Assembly: GCA_951406725.2 (NCBI GenBank)
Contig: OX597831.1
Span: 27,218,001-27,282,000, forward strand
DNA length: 64,000 bases
Source of the DNA: Octopus vulgaris
Taxonomy: Eukaryota
Direction: 5' to 3'
Under the pieces are notes generated by a model. It made no database searches, was not told the DNA's origin, and was given only the letters and a program-made list of their open reading frames with translations. The position numbers and the translations under genes are program-made. This document shows, piece by piece, positions 25,314 through 39,146 of this stretch (positions are counted from its first letter, which is position 1; each line of letters starts with the position of its first letter).

Positions 25314-26159
25314 TTAATTTAATACCATAAAGGAAAAATTCAATCGTCATTAAATATGACCAACTGGTGCCGAGACACTTACATTGCTAGAAATAAGAGT
25401 CAAATACTCTTGGTGATATCCTATTCCCTTCTCTCTATTTTTTACCGCTACTACAGTGACCTCTATTCCTAGAAGCTAACTAGTCTCATGTCACCTCCAC
25501 TCAAGCACTTCGGAATCTCTTGACTTTCCTTGTCTTGTCAGCCATATTGTGTCTACCCCCACGCCTCTCACTAACCACTAAATCCAGTCCTTCCTCCCCT
25601 GAATTTCAACCCTCTGAAATTCCTTCCCTGTACAAAGAACGGTTCACCAGATCAACGTTATCAGTAATGAAAGACCTACGATAGTCACGGACACAAGGCC
25701 TTCTTCTAAACCCAACCAATAAAGACAACTCAGATGGTGTTGTGTTGGTTTGTGTTGGATTGTTCCTCTTTTTTAGTTCCCTGTTCTCAGTAAATTTCGG
25801 GACACATCGGATTTTATAGTGTTTACTTTGAGTTTGTTGTTTTGGAACTAGTTTCTAGATAATTTAGAGTTGTCTAGGCAGTAGTCTATGGGCGGAACTG
25901 TGATATCATTTCCACCTGAGGCTGTCGGTGTATTTTGTAAAATTATGGGGAAGCCGAGTCAATTGGTGAAGTTAATGATTTGTTTAACATGTTAAGTGCT
26001 ACAGGTTATAGATTTTCATCTTCACTGCGTCAATTTTTATTGTGTTGTCGCTTTTTATTTGTTTTCGTGCAGCATCTGAGTATCTGTATGCTGAACACGT
26101 GATTTTAAGAATGTCCTCCACTGTACTTTAACTCACCCAGCTTCGAAGTAATGCAAATA

Positions 26160-26392
26160 TATTTCTTTACTACCCACAAGGGGCTAAACACAGAGGGGGA
26201 CAAACAAAGACAGACAAAGGGATTAAGTCGATTACATCGATCCCAGTGCGTAACTGGTACTTAATTTATCGACCCCGAAAGGATGAAAGGCAAAGTCGAC
26301 CTCGGCGGAATTTGAACTCGGAACGCAACGACAGACGAAATACGGCTACGAATTTCGCCCGGCGTGCTAACGTTTCTGCCAGCTCGCCGCCT
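26160..26392 (-). mobile_element. SINE A full length
   Basis: Complete unit; flanking AGTAATGCAAATA duplication. Confidence 0.85.
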
Positions 26393-26686
26393 GCAAGTAA
26401 TACAGTAATGCAAATAGGGATTCTTGGTATATAGCTTTCATGTTGTGGCACATGAATACCTTATATATTGACAAATATTTCTTTAACCCTTCACAATTTG
26501 AAGTTAAATTCTTTTTTTGCCATGCTGACATGGTGTTTCATTGGTTACGTTAGTTGTGTGATGTACTTGGAGTTTTACTTCTTGTTGCTGTCGTTATAGT
26601 AATTTTTGTTGCTTAGCCTCATATTAGGTCTGACTGAACAGGTTTATGTATAACCTAAGGCAGGCTAATCATGAAGATTTCGTTTT

Positions 26687-27100
26687 GGCTGTGTGGTAAG
26701 TAGCTTGCTTACCAACCACATGGTTTTGGGTTCAGTCACACTGCGTGACACCTTAGGCAAGTGTCTTCTACTACAGCCTCGGGCCAACCAAAGCCTTGTG
26801 AGTTGTTTTGGTAGATGGAAACCGAAAGAAGCCCGTCGTATATGTATATATATGTATGTGTATGTATGTATGTATGTATGTATGTATGTATGTATGTATA
26901 TGTGTGTGTGTTTGTCCCCCCAACATCGCTTGACAACCGATGCTGATGAGTTTGCATCCGCGTAACTTAGTAGTTCGGCAAAAGAGACCGATAGAATAAG
27001 TATTAGGCTTACAAAGAATAAATCCTGGGGTCGATTTTCTCGACTAAAGGCGGTGCTCCAGCATGGCCGCAGTCATATGACTGAAACAAATAATAAAAAA
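26687..27100 (+). mobile_element. SINE family B, near full length
   Basis: Head, internal (TATG)n, tail GGCGGTGCTCCAGCATGGCCGCAGTC. Confidence 0.9.
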
Positions 27101-28014
27101 TGGACTGCATTATTTAATGCGTCTTTCCTAATTTAAGACGATAAGGTGTTATTTTGAGGGAGATAAGACTGTTATTTTTAGCAAGAAACACAACCATACA
27201 AATGCTCTTTTGTCAGACTGTGGCGTGGTAAAGTCGTCGTTGGAGCTGAAGCTTATAATGGGAAAACAATGGCGGTACTTCCGGTTTTTAGTATTTTGTT
27301 GTGGTGTGATATTATGTATGGCAGAAGAGTTTTTCATTATTTGTCATCTTTTTGTAAATGTGAGTTTTATACGACGGTACAACTATTTTTTCAATGTTTG
27401 CTTTGTTGAATGTATAGTCATTGTCGAACGGATTCTCTCACGTTCGATGTTCATTCGTGTATATCGATCTTCTTGCGTATTATTTGTGTCGACAGTTCAT
27501 TGTTCAATCGGTGTCGCAGTCGATAACTGTCCCGCCTCTTTATCTGACACAATGTATCTTAGACTACATAACTCAATGTTTCTTTAAGACAGTATGGTGT
27601 GATTTGAGGAATATTTAGCTGTTGTTTCTAGTTGGTCGTTCAACCTTACTGAGACGTCGTCTTGGTGATATTTTAAATCTACGTCACCCTTGGTCCAGTA
27701 AACTTCTGATCAAAGGTGTTCCATTTATGACAATACCGTTTTTTGATTCAGATGGTGGGTCCAGCTTATTCAAGTTTGAGACATTCTGTCGCCTTTACAT
27801 CATTGTTGCAGACGATTCAGTAAGAAATGGCTATGAAATATTCTGTCGCCATTATGAATATCGTTGCAGACGACAGGAAAACGGAGCGAAGTAATGAAAT
27901 GAAAAGAGAAAAAAAAAGAACAGCAGAACAAATTGTGGGGGCGGAAGATGACTTTGAGGATGTAACGGTGTCAATAACACTACAAAAGCAACAAAAATAT
28001 CAACAAAAAACACT

Positions 28015-28500
28015 ACTACCACTATCACCACCACCGCCATCACCACCACTATTACCACCATCACCACCATTACTACCATCACTACCACCAACACCACCAT
28101 CACCACCACCAACACCACTATCACTACCACCAACACCACCATTACTATCATCATTGCCACTATAAACATCATCTCCACAACCACCATTACCGCTACCACC
28201 ACCATCACCACCACCATCATCACTACCATTACCACCACCACCACTATCACCACCACCACCACCATCATCACCACCACCACTATCACCACCACCACCACCA
28301 TTACTATCATCATTACCACTATAAACATCATCTCCACAACCACCATCACCACTATTACCACCATCACCACCATTACTACCATCACTACCACCATCACCAC
28401 CACCACCACTATCATCACTACTACAACTATCACCGTCACCATCGCCATCATCACCACTGCCACAACCATCACCATCACCAACACCAACAACAACAACAAC
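28015..28500. repeat. ACC/ATC/ACT trinucleotide low-complexity tract
   Basis: Direct inspection; internal duplication of TATAAACATCATCTCCACAACC. Confidence 0.9.
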
Positions 28501-29021
28501 TATGGCGATAACGAAAAGCGTCAACAACGACTCCCTCAGTGTTAAGTGTGAGGAAAAGGGCGAGGCCAGCTTTAACTGCAACAACAACATCAATGTCTGC
28601 CTTAAATACTTGTTATTACATATCAATTGTGGCTTTGTTGTAATTGTTGTTAACTTGTTAACGATCTGAGAGTGTCGCCGGCAATGCCCGGCTTCCGGTA
28701 AACGGCGCTTTTCTTCACATCCGGTCTAGCTATTGTGTCTCGAACAGTATCGTTGACTGTAGTCAGGTCTGTGTCTCGGTGTGCGCAGACGCGCGCTTGT
28801 TTGTGTGTATGTGTGTATGTGTGTGTGTTTGTGTGTGTATGTGTGTGTGTGTGTGAGAGAGAGAGAGAGGGAGAGAAAGACAGAGACAGAGAGGGTGAGG
28901 GAGACAGAGAAAGAGAGAGAGAGAGAGAAATATAAGGAGAGACAAAGACACAGAGAAAGAAACAGAGACTGATAGACAGAGATAGAGAGTGAGAGACAGA
29001 GTGTATGTGTGTAAGAGAGTG

Positions 29022-29058
<37 letters not shown>

Positions 29059-29186
29059 CAACATAGGTAGATTTATGTGTAGTGTGTGTGTGGAGGGAAG
29101 AGAGGAAGATAGACTATCTGTTTTGATGTACAGAAACAGAAAACGTAAATATATCCTTGGTTTTGTGTGTGTGTTTGTGTGTGTGT

Positions 29187-29230
<44 letters not shown>

Positions 29231-29478
29231 TGTCTGATAAATGGTTACACACACACACACACATACATATGCGTAAAATATACATATACATGGCGGCGAG
29301 CTGGCAGAATAGTTAGCACGCCGGGCAAGATGCTCAGCGGCATTTCGTCTGTTCTGAGTTCAAATTCTGCCGTGGTCGACTTTATCTCTCATGCATTCGA
29401 AGTCGCTAAATTAAGTGCCAGTGAAACACTGGACTCGATGTAATCGACTAGTCCACTCTCTCCAAATTGCCATATGTA

Positions 29479-29536
<58 letters not shown>

Positions 29537-29553
29537 GTGTGTGTGTGTATATA

Positions 29554-30460
29554 CAGGGTGCGGTGAATATATTGTCATCTAAATTACGCAAAAATAAAAG
29601 CAACACTGACATCTCATTTTAACAGATACATTTACCAAATTACATAAAAGTATCTTGAAATACTAAAGAGTAAATTTATTCAATAAAATCGCCATTGGCT
29701 TAAACCACGGCTTCCAGAAGACTTCGGAATCTCCTGCAACTCCTCTGGACAGTTTCCTAGTTGGTCTCTCACTCAACTGCGCCCCACACATAATAATCAA
29801 GTGGGTTGCAATCTGGGGAGTTAGGTGGCCAGATGTTAGGGGTGATGTGGTTGCAGAATTTATCTGACAGCCATGATTGGGTTTTCCTACTTGTGTGGCA
29901 TAGTGCAGAGTCCTGTTGCCAAACATAGGGTCTTCCAGCAGCCAATCTCTTAACCTAGGGAATCAATACCTCCTCCAGGTACTTGATGTAGGCCCCCAGA
30001 TTGAGTCTGAGGCCGTATGGGAAGATGAACGGAGGCATAACGTCGCTATCACTAGTGATCAATCCAAACGCCATGATGTTGAGTGGATGTTTGATTTTTA
30101 TCACTCTCGGTGCATGCACTGTCCTCAGATTGACACCCAAACACTCTGAAATGTTCGTATTGAATATCAAAACCTCCTTAAGCCAAGAAACCAAGAATCC
30201 ATTAACAAGTGCAACTGCTCGAATATTCAGGACAACTTAGAAAAAACGAGACCACAAGATGTAAAAGATTCATAGACAACAAACATATCAGACATAAACC
30301 TCCATCATCAGCTGCCAAACACGTATCCGTATTGTTTCGACACATGAGCAGAACTATTCAATTCGGCGGTGACAACAACGTTAAAAACAAACGCTGCTTG
30401 CGAATTAATAGAAAAGAAGGAGCATAACATTAACTTAATATGTCAATTACTCCTACCTAT
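29554..30460 (-). mobile_element. Decayed D37D (maT-type) Tc1/mariner transposon
   Basis: Manual translation WQQDSALCHTS...WPPNSPDCNPLDYYVWG gives 37 residues between the D's; KHPLNIMAFGLITSDSDVMPPFIF upstream; TA-CAGGGTG terminus at 29552; stops present; right end approximate. Confidence 0.8.
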
Positions 30461-30470
30461 ATCTGCCTAT

Positions 30471-30770
30471 GGAGGCAAATGGCCTAGTGGTTAGAACAGC
30501 GGACTCGCGGTCGAGAGATCGCGGGTTCGAATCTCAGACCGGGCGATGTATGTGTTTATGAGCGAAACACCTGAGCTCTACGCGGCTCGGGCAGAAGGTA
30601 ATGGCGAAGTTCTGCTGACTCTTTCACCACAACTTTCTCTCACACCTTCTTCCTTCATCTAGCAGCTCACCTGTGACGGAACGGCGTCCTTTCCAGGTGG
30701 GGAACCTGTACGGCAATGAAATTGGGGAAACCGGCACTTAAGAAACTGGCATGGCCCATGAAGGAACAAA
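30471..30770 (+). mobile_element. tRNA-derived SINE family C, full head
   Basis: A box TGGCCTAGTGG, B box GGTTCGAATC; homologous to 770-1012 and 54035-54346. Confidence 0.8.
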
Positions 30771-31183
30771 CGACATCATATCTGCTTATTATTATAAATA
30801 CAAACATCAAATCTCAGAGATAAATAGTTTCATACAAATAGCTACGAAGCACAGAAACTGAAATAGCACTTACAAAACAGAAATATCTTCAAAAAGGATA
30901 TTGATTGATACCTCAAAGATTAAAATACACTAGCGAACTAAATGTATTGAGCAAAAATTATTGAACTTAGTGAATCACACTGGTTACTAATATGTAAAAC
31001 GGAAAATAGTAAACTAAGGAATAACCAAACGAGAACTTCAAATATATGGATTAATTTTTTAAAATCCACAAACCAGTAGACATGACTACTCCACATTTAT
31101 TCCAAATACGAAAACATAATTAAAACGAACTGAATGGAAACTCGTTGAATAAAATATCACTTCAAATGTCCAGCATAGGTCAA

Positions 31184-31600
<417 letters not shown>

Positions 31601-31614
31601 CCTACCTACCTACC

Positions 31615-31697
<83 letters not shown>

Positions 31698-31793
31698 ATA
31701 TATATATATATATCTGTATGTTTATAAACTTACCTGAAGACTGTGCATCCACAGGCGAAACTCAGGGTAGCAAAAGATTGACTCGGCTAAAAT

Positions 31794-31826
<33 letters not shown>

Positions 31827-31833
31827 ATGTGTG

Positions 31834-31872
<39 letters not shown>

Positions 31873-32352
31873 AGAAGAAGAAGAAGAAGAAGAAGAACAA
31901 CAACAAGAAGTGTGCCTATTCTTCCCTTCTCTCGCGTTCACGTTACACCATCCACTTGTCTTCCTATTACACGGTCCACATGTCTTCAGTCCCACGTGAC
32001 ACTGTCCCCTTCAACTTAAATGACATGTTATTGCCAGCTCAATAGAGAGAAACACTTTCGTCTGTTCTGGTGGTGTTGGGGGGGGCGGTGTGGAGGGGAT
32101 AATCGTGATAAATTAATTACTTCTCATCACGCTTAAAGCATATTAAACGGTGGTTTAGACAACGGCAAAACAAGACAAACAATATGAAGCAATGAGGGGG
32201 TCACTTCGTCAATGAATCTAAACCGGGTTCCATATGACACTTGGGTAGTTAGGGGGTTGCCATATAAGATATGTTTATGTTATAGTTTATGAACAATAAA
32301 TTGGTTACGCTTCTACAATGCAAAAAAATATTTGACCAGTTTTTCATCTAGA

Positions 32353-32517
32353 CAGGCACAGGTGTAGCTGTGTGGTAAAAAGTTTGCTTCTTAACCACAT
32401 GGTTCCGGGTTCAGTCCCATTGCGTGACACCTTGTCAAAAGTGTCTTTTTCTATAACCTGGGGCCGACCAAAGCCTTGAGAGCGAATTTAGTAAACGGAA
32501 ATTGAAAGATGCCTATC

Positions 32518-32520
<3 letters not shown>
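32353..32520 (+). mobile_element. SINE B 5' half (3' half at 34325-34560)
   Basis: Head through GAAATTGAAAGATGCC then (TA)n. Confidence 0.75.
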
Positions 32521-32564
<44 letters not shown>

Positions 32565-32749
32565 TTATTATTTGAGGGAATAAAATTCAAACTTCCAAGG
32601 AAAAAAATTCAATTTAGAAATATTAAATCAAATTTCACACAATATAATATATATATAAAAAATTAGAAAAAAACCCACTTTTTTTTTAAAATTTAAATTT
32701 TTTAAAAGGTTTAATAAAAAATAACAACTAATTAATCAATAATGCATTA

Positions 32750-33772
32750 ACCCTTGTTGTTTACAACTTCTTCCCAACGTTCAACAAGATTTTCAATACC
32801 TCGTTGGTAGAAATCACCCGATTTCGACTCGAAAAATTGATCCTACCAAGCTCTCAATTCTGCATCAGTATTGAACGAAATTCCTTGCATAGCATTTGAA
32901 AGAGATCGAAAGAGGTGGAAATCCGTTGATGCCAAATGAGAAGAGAACGGTGGGTGTGGCAGCACTTCCCAGTCATGCGTTTGAATGGCTTCCTTGGTCA
33001 TATTGGCGATATGAGGGCCGGCGTTGTCGTGCAGCAGAAGAACTCCATGCTGCCGACTAGGTCTTTTCTCTTGAATAGCTGTGTTGAGTCGTTCCATCTG
33101 TTGAACATAGAGTTCTGCGTTGACCGTTTGGTTCCGTCCAAGCAATTCGTAATGGATAATCCCTTTCCAGTTCCACCCTAAGCACAACATCGTTTTACGC
33201 GGATCTTGTTTCACGCGCAGTGTCGCTTATTTACCAGGGCTATGCCATTCCTTACGTTGCTTCATATTTATGTACAGGCACCATTTTTCGTCGCCAGTAA
33301 CGATTCGGTAAAGAAATCGTTGCTGGTGTCCATGAGTTGAGCAGTGACGAGCAAGCAAACCAACGGAGATTGTGACTCGTTGATTTTTGTTGTTGTCACT
33401 TAAAGTATGCGGAACCCATGCTCCATACTTCTGAACCTTTCCCATCGAGTGAAGATGCTTCTCTATAGCAGTTTGGGAGCATTCCATTTTCTCTGCCAGT
33501 TCCCTTGTCGTTTGACGACAATCTTCATGCAAAAGTTGGTTTGATCGCTCTTCATTGAACTCAACTGGACGGCTAGAACAAGGTGCGTCTTTGAGGTCAA
33601 AATTTCCATTTTTGATCTTGGCATACCAATCACGATCGGTTCTTTCAGCTATGGCACCCTCTCCATACACAGCACAAATGTCGTGAGCAGCTTTTGCGGT
33701 CTTAGAACCTTGATTAAAAGCAAAAAGAAGGAGGTGTCGAAAATGCTCGTTTTTCTTAATTTGACATTCCAT
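32750..33772 (-). pseudogene. Mariner (DD34D) transposase pseudogene
   Basis: WVPHTLS, IVTGDEKW, LLHDNAGPH, HPPFSSHLASTDFHLF motifs; D-34-D spacing; in-frame stops at 33227 and 32843. Confidence 0.92.
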
Positions 33773-33884
33773 TTAAATGATCAGAAAATAAACAAAAATT
33801 AACTAAAATTAACTAGAAAAAAAAAGATTCCAAAATGATTCAAAAATAGAATTCTCGAAAAAAAAAATTCCAAAATTTTAAAAA

Positions 33885-33913
33885 ACCGCGGGAACTTAGT
33901 TGCCAACCAAATA
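33885..33913 (-). repeat. Mariner 5' terminal inverted repeat plus TA
   Basis: Minus strand TA-TTTGGTTGGCAACTAAGTTCCCGCGG; matching 3' TIR not found. Confidence 0.6.
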
Positions 33914-33930
33914 ATTATAAAATATGACAA

Positions 33931-34018
33931 CATCTCTGACAGCTGTTTCGATTCAATAATCTTTAGATTATTAATTTATAAAATCAAAATCCTTATAAGG
34001 TGAATCTCTTCAGAGTTA
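33931..34018 (-). ncRNA. Type I hammerhead ribozyme motif (Penelope-like)
   Basis: CTGAAGA-GATTCA...TGAATC-GAAACAGCTGTC: intact core, 6-bp stem II, palindromic stem III, GUC site; stem I weak. Confidence 0.55.
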
Positions 34019-34221
34019 GTAAAGATATACCGATTAGAAATACATGTTGAGATAACGACTGCAAACCGTTAACTAAGCAGTATTTTCATTAGATTTTATT
34101 ATCCCTTAGTGCGGTTTATAACCTTTATTTGAATGTGTGTGTGTGTATGTATGTGTATGTATGTGTGTATGTATGTATGTATGTATGTATGTATGTATGT
34201 ATGTATGTATATATGAATATA

Positions 34222-34280
<59 letters not shown>

Positions 34281-34324
34281 GCATGTGTGTGTGTAAGACA
34301 TGTTGACTGTGTAATAGGAATGTG

Positions 34325-34560
34325 TGTGTCTTTGTGACTGTTTGTCCCCCACCACCACCATCGCTTGACAACCGATGTTGGTGTGTTTACGTTCTCGTAA
34401 GCGAGCGGTTCGGCAACAGAAACCAATAGAATAAGTACTGGGCTTACAAAGAATATCCTGGGGGTCGTTTCATTCGACCAAAATAATAAGTTCAGGGGAT
34501 GCTGCAGCATGGCCGCAGTCTAAACGAGTAAAAGACTGAAACGAGTAAAAGAGATAGAAA
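34325..34560 (+). mobile_element. SINE B 3' half
   Basis: ATCGCTTGACAACCGATG...CAGCATGGCCGCAGTC tail. Confidence 0.8.
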
Positions 34561-34944
34561 GGTTCCTAATATTATTTAATTATAATTAAACTATAAGGTT
34601 TTTTTTTAAACATTGGATGGCTATGGGGGTCCACCCGAATAAAATAGGGATCAAAGGGTCCATAGGTTTAAAAAAATGATTATTCACTGCTCTATGTGGT
34701 TACTTGGCCAACTAGAAATAGCAGTTGCCTTTTCCTCAAATTACTCCTTACCGTTTAAGGAAAGCACACATTGGATAATATGGTTCTGCGTTCTTTACAC
34801 ATAGGAAAAAGAAGGGACGGCTATGGTTGGAATGTCTTCTTGATTAGGGTTGACCTGGGGCTAAACAGCAATAACAACGACAAATATCACAACAAACGCA
34901 ACAACCTCAGAATCAATCATAAACACCACCACTACCACCACCAC

Positions 34945-34980
<36 letters not shown>

Positions 34981-35694
34981 GCACTGCCGCCACCGCCGCC
35001 ACCACCACCATCAAACAACAATAACAACCTGGACAACTGTAACCAGTAGAACAGTAAATACAACACCCTACACCACCATAACAACAAAAAGCAACAACAA
35101 CAGGTTCGTCACAACAGTATTAGTAACAACATCAACATGTAGAAAAGAATACACAATAACAACTGTCAGCTCTGCTGTCCGCCATTAACATGCAGACGAC
35201 AAAGTGAAAAACATAATCACGTGTAATATTCATAATATGGCGGCAATGTTTTTTAGTCAGATCACGCAAACTGTACACTGTTTATTTTCCCGTGATACTT
35301 CCTCATTTCTTCCTTCCACCCACCTTTATTTATTCATTTTTACGTCCTTTATTCATTTATTTGTTGGTTCTTTCTTTCTGCCTTTCTTTCCGTTTTTCGT
35401 TCTTCGTTTTATTTTTGCAGTTGCGAATATCAAATTTCGCTATATTTTTTAATCAAATTTTCAAATTAAAAATTGTTTTGAAAAGTATCAATTAATATTC
35501 TTTATTTATTTATTTATTTATTTATGTAATCTTTTTTTTTAATAAGGAGAGGGAGGGAGAGTAAAAGAGAGATGGGGGTCACATCTACTTTAATTTTAAT
35601 ATTTTAGAAATGTGGAGGAGAGTTGATGTTTAAAAAAAAAAAAAAACTGAAATAAGAAAAAAGAAAACAGGAAGAAAAAAAAGCGTAAGAAAAT

Positions 35695-35962
35695 AGAGAC
35701 GGGGAGAAGAAGAGAGAGAGCGGAGAAGAAGAGAGAGAGAGGGGAGAAGAAGAGGGAGTGGGAGAAGAAGAGAGAGAGCGGAGAAGAAAAGAGAGAGATG
35801 GAGAAGAAGAGAGAGAGAGAGGGGAGAAGAAGAGGGAGTGGGAGAAGAAGAGAGAGAGATGGAGAAGAAGAGAGAGAGCGGAGAAGAAAAGAGAGAGATG
35901 GAGAAGAAGAGAGAGAGAGGGGAGAAGAAGAGAGGGAGGGGAGATGAAGAGAGAGAGAGGGG
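35695..35962. repeat. GA-rich minisatellite (GGAGAAGAAGAGAGAGA)n
   Basis: Direct inspection. Confidence 0.9.
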
Positions 35963-36004
35963 GAGTGTGTGTGTGTGTTTATATGTGTGCTATATGTGTT
36001 TGTG

Positions 36005-38690
36005 TGTCTGAGTGTGTGCCTCTCTGTGTATGTAGCTGTGCGTGTGAGCGTCTGTGTGTGTATCTGCGTGCGAGAGAGAAAGCGTGAGAGTATATGTATG
36101 TGTGTATGTGTTTGAGTGTGTGCCTCTGTGTGTATGTGGTTGTGTGTGTGGGTGTGTGGGTGAGCGTCTGTGTGTGTATATCTGCGTGTGAGAGAGAAAG
36201 CGTGAGAGTATATGTATGTGTGTTTGAGTGTGTGCCTCTGTGTGTATGTGGTTGTGTGTGTGGGTGTGTGGGTGAGCGTCTGTGTGTGTGTATATCTGCG
36301 TGTGAGAGAGAAAGCGTGAGAGTATATGTATGTGTGTTTGAGTGTGTGCCTCTGTGTGTATGTGGTTGTGTGTGTGGGTGTGTGGGTGAGCGTCTGTGTG
36401 TGTGTGTATATCTGCGTGTGAGAGAGAAAGCGTGAGAGTATATGTATGTGTGTATGTGTGTTTGAGTGTGTGCCTCTGTGTGTATGTGGTTGTGTGTGTG
36501 AGTGTGTGGGTGAGCGTCTGTGTGTGTGTTTATATCTGCGTGTGAGAGAGAAAGCGTGAGAGTATATGTATGTGTGTTTGAGTGTGTGCCTGTGGGTGAG
36601 CGTCTGTGTGTGTGTGTATATCTGCGTGTGAGAGAGAAAGCGTGAGAGTATATGTATGTGTGTATGTGTGTTTGAGTCTGTGCCTCTGTGTGTATGTGGT
36701 TGTGTGTGTGGGTGAGCGTCTGTGTGTGTGTGTATATCTGCGTGTGAGAGAGAAAGCGTGAGAGTATATGTATGTGTGTTTGAGTGTGTGCCTCTGTGTG
36801 TATGTGGTTGTGTGTGTGAGTGTGTGGGTGAGCGTCTGTGTGTGTGTGTATATATGCGTGTGAGAGAGAAAGCGTGAGAGTATATGTATGTGTGTATGTG
36901 TGTTTGAGTGTGTGCCTCTGTGTGTATGTGGTTGTGTGTGTGAGTGTGTGGGTGAGCGTCTGTGTGTATATCTGCGTGCGAGAGAGAAAGCGTGAGAGTA
37001 TATGTATGTGTGTATGTGTGTGTGCCTCTGTGTGTATGTGGTTGTGTGTGTGGGTGAGCGTCTGTGTGTGTGTGTATATATGCGTGTGAGAGAGAAAGCG
37101 TGAGAGTATATGTATGTGTGTATGTGTGTTTGAGTGTGTGCCTCTGTGTGTATGTGGTTGTGTGTGTGAGTGTGTGCGTGTGAGCGTCTGTGTGTATATC
37201 TGCGTGCGAGAGAGAAAGCGTGAGAGTATATGTATGTGTGTATGTGTGTGTGCCTCTGTGTGTATGTGGTTGTGTGTGTGGGTGTATGGGTGAGCGTGTG
37301 TGTGTGTGTGTATATCTGCGTGTGAGAGAGAAAGCGTGAGAGTATATGTATGTGTGTTTGAGTGTGTGCCTCTGTGTGTATGTGGTTGTGTGTGTGGGTG
37401 TGTGGGTGAGCGTCTGTGTGTGTGTGTATATCTGCGTGTGAGAGAGAAAGCGTGAGAGTATATGTATGTGTGTATGTGTGTTTGAGTGTGTGCCTCTGTG
37501 TGTATGTGGTTGTGTGTGTGGGTGTGTGGGTGAGCGTCTGTGTGTGTGTGTATATCTGCGTGTGAGAGAGAAAGCGTGAGAGTATATGTATGTGTGTATG
37601 TGTGTTTGAGTGTGTGCCTCTGTGTGTATGTGGTTGTGTGTGTGAGTGTGTGGGTGAGCGTCTGTGTGTGTGTGTATATCTGCGTGTGAGAGAGAAAGCG
37701 TGAGAGTATATGTATGTGTGTTTGAGTGTGTGCCTCTGTGTGTATGTGGTTGTGTGTGTGAGTGTGTGGGTGAGCGTCTGTGTGTGTGTGTATATATGCG
37801 TGTGAGAGAGAAAGCGTGAGAGTATATGTATGTGTGTATGTGTGTTTGAGTGTGTGCCTCTGTGTGTATGTGGTTGTGTGTGTGGGTGTGTGGGTGAGCG
37901 TCTGTGTGTGTGTGTATATCTGCGTGCGAGAGAGAAAGCGTGAGAGTATATGTATGTGTGTATGTGTGTGTGCCTCTGTGTGTATGTGGTTGTGTGTGTG
38001 AGTGTGTGGGTGAGCGTCTGTGTGTGTGTGTATATCTGCGTGTGAGAGAGAAAGCGTGAGAGTATATGTATGTGTGTATGTGTGTTTGAGTGTGTGCCTC
38101 TGTGTGTATGTGGTTGTGTGTGTGAGTGTGTGGGTGAGCGTCTGTGTGTATATCTGCGTGCGAGAGAGAAAGCGTGAGAGTATATGTATGTGTGTATGTG
38201 TGTGTGCCTCTGTGTGTATGTGGTTGTGTGTGTGGGTGTATGGGTGAGCGTCTGTGTGTGTGTGTGTATATCTGCGTGTGAGAGAGAAAGCGTGAGAGTA
38301 TATGTATGTGTGTTTGAGTGTGTGCCTCTGTGTGTATGTGGTTGTGTGTGTGGGTGTGTGGGTGAGCGTCTGTGTGTGTGTGTATATCTGCGTGTGAGAG
38401 AGAAAGCGTGAGAGTATATGTATGTGTGTATGTGTGTTTGAGTCTGTGCCTCTGTGTGTATGTGGTTGTGTGTGTGGGTGTGTGGGTGAGCGTCTGTGTG
38501 TGTGTGTATATCTGCGTGTGAGAGAGAAAGCGTGAGAGTATATGTATGTGTGTATGTGTGTTTGAGTGTGTGCCTCTGTGTGTATGTGGTTGTGTGTGTG
38601 AGTGTGTGGGTGAGCGTCTGTGTGTATATCTGCGTGCGAGAGAGAAAGCGTGAGAGTATATGTATGTGTGTACGTGTGTGTGTGTGTGTA
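36005..38690. repeat. Minisatellite, ~23 copies of a ~90-125 bp TG-derived unit
   Basis: Anchor GAGAGAAAGCGTGAGAGTATATG counted 23 times. Confidence 0.95.
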
Positions 38691-38899
38691 TGTGTATCTA
38701 TTTGTGTGTGAGAAAGAGAGAGGAAGAGGCTCTCCATCTGCACCTCTTTACTCTTTTTTCTCTCCAACCTATATTTGTCTTGCAGTTTTTTTTTGTCTCT
38801 TCTTTTAGAGTGATGTTGTTTTCTGTATGGCGTGTGGTGCAGGGGGAATGGGTAGGGAATAATACGAAAGGAAAACATGGGAGAAAGAAGAAGACAACC

Positions 38900-38911
38900 A
38901 TGACAACAACA

Positions 38912-38945
<34 letters not shown>

Positions 38946-39066
38946 CGATGACGATGATGATGACGATGTTGATGATGATGATGATGATGATGATGACGAT
39001 GATGATGATGATGATGACGATGACGATGACGATGATGATGATGATAATGCTAATGGTGATGATGAC

Positions 39067-39101
<35 letters not shown>

Positions 39102-39104
39102 CGA

Positions 39105-39146
<42 letters not shown>

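Noticed and set aside
27827-28626. Pro-rich or signal-peptide-like ORFs
   Set aside because: Dominated by ACC/ATC repeats; no domain or clear splice structure
30471-30545. tRNA gene
   Set aside because: A and B boxes present but no acceptor stem; continues into a multicopy SINE body
36005-38690. CRISPR-like array
   Set aside because: No unique spacers, no cas genes, eukaryotic context
36530-38878. 782-aa His/Thr-rich ORF
   Set aside because: Translation of a CA-rich minisatellite that lacks stop codons by composition; the unit drifts through all frames
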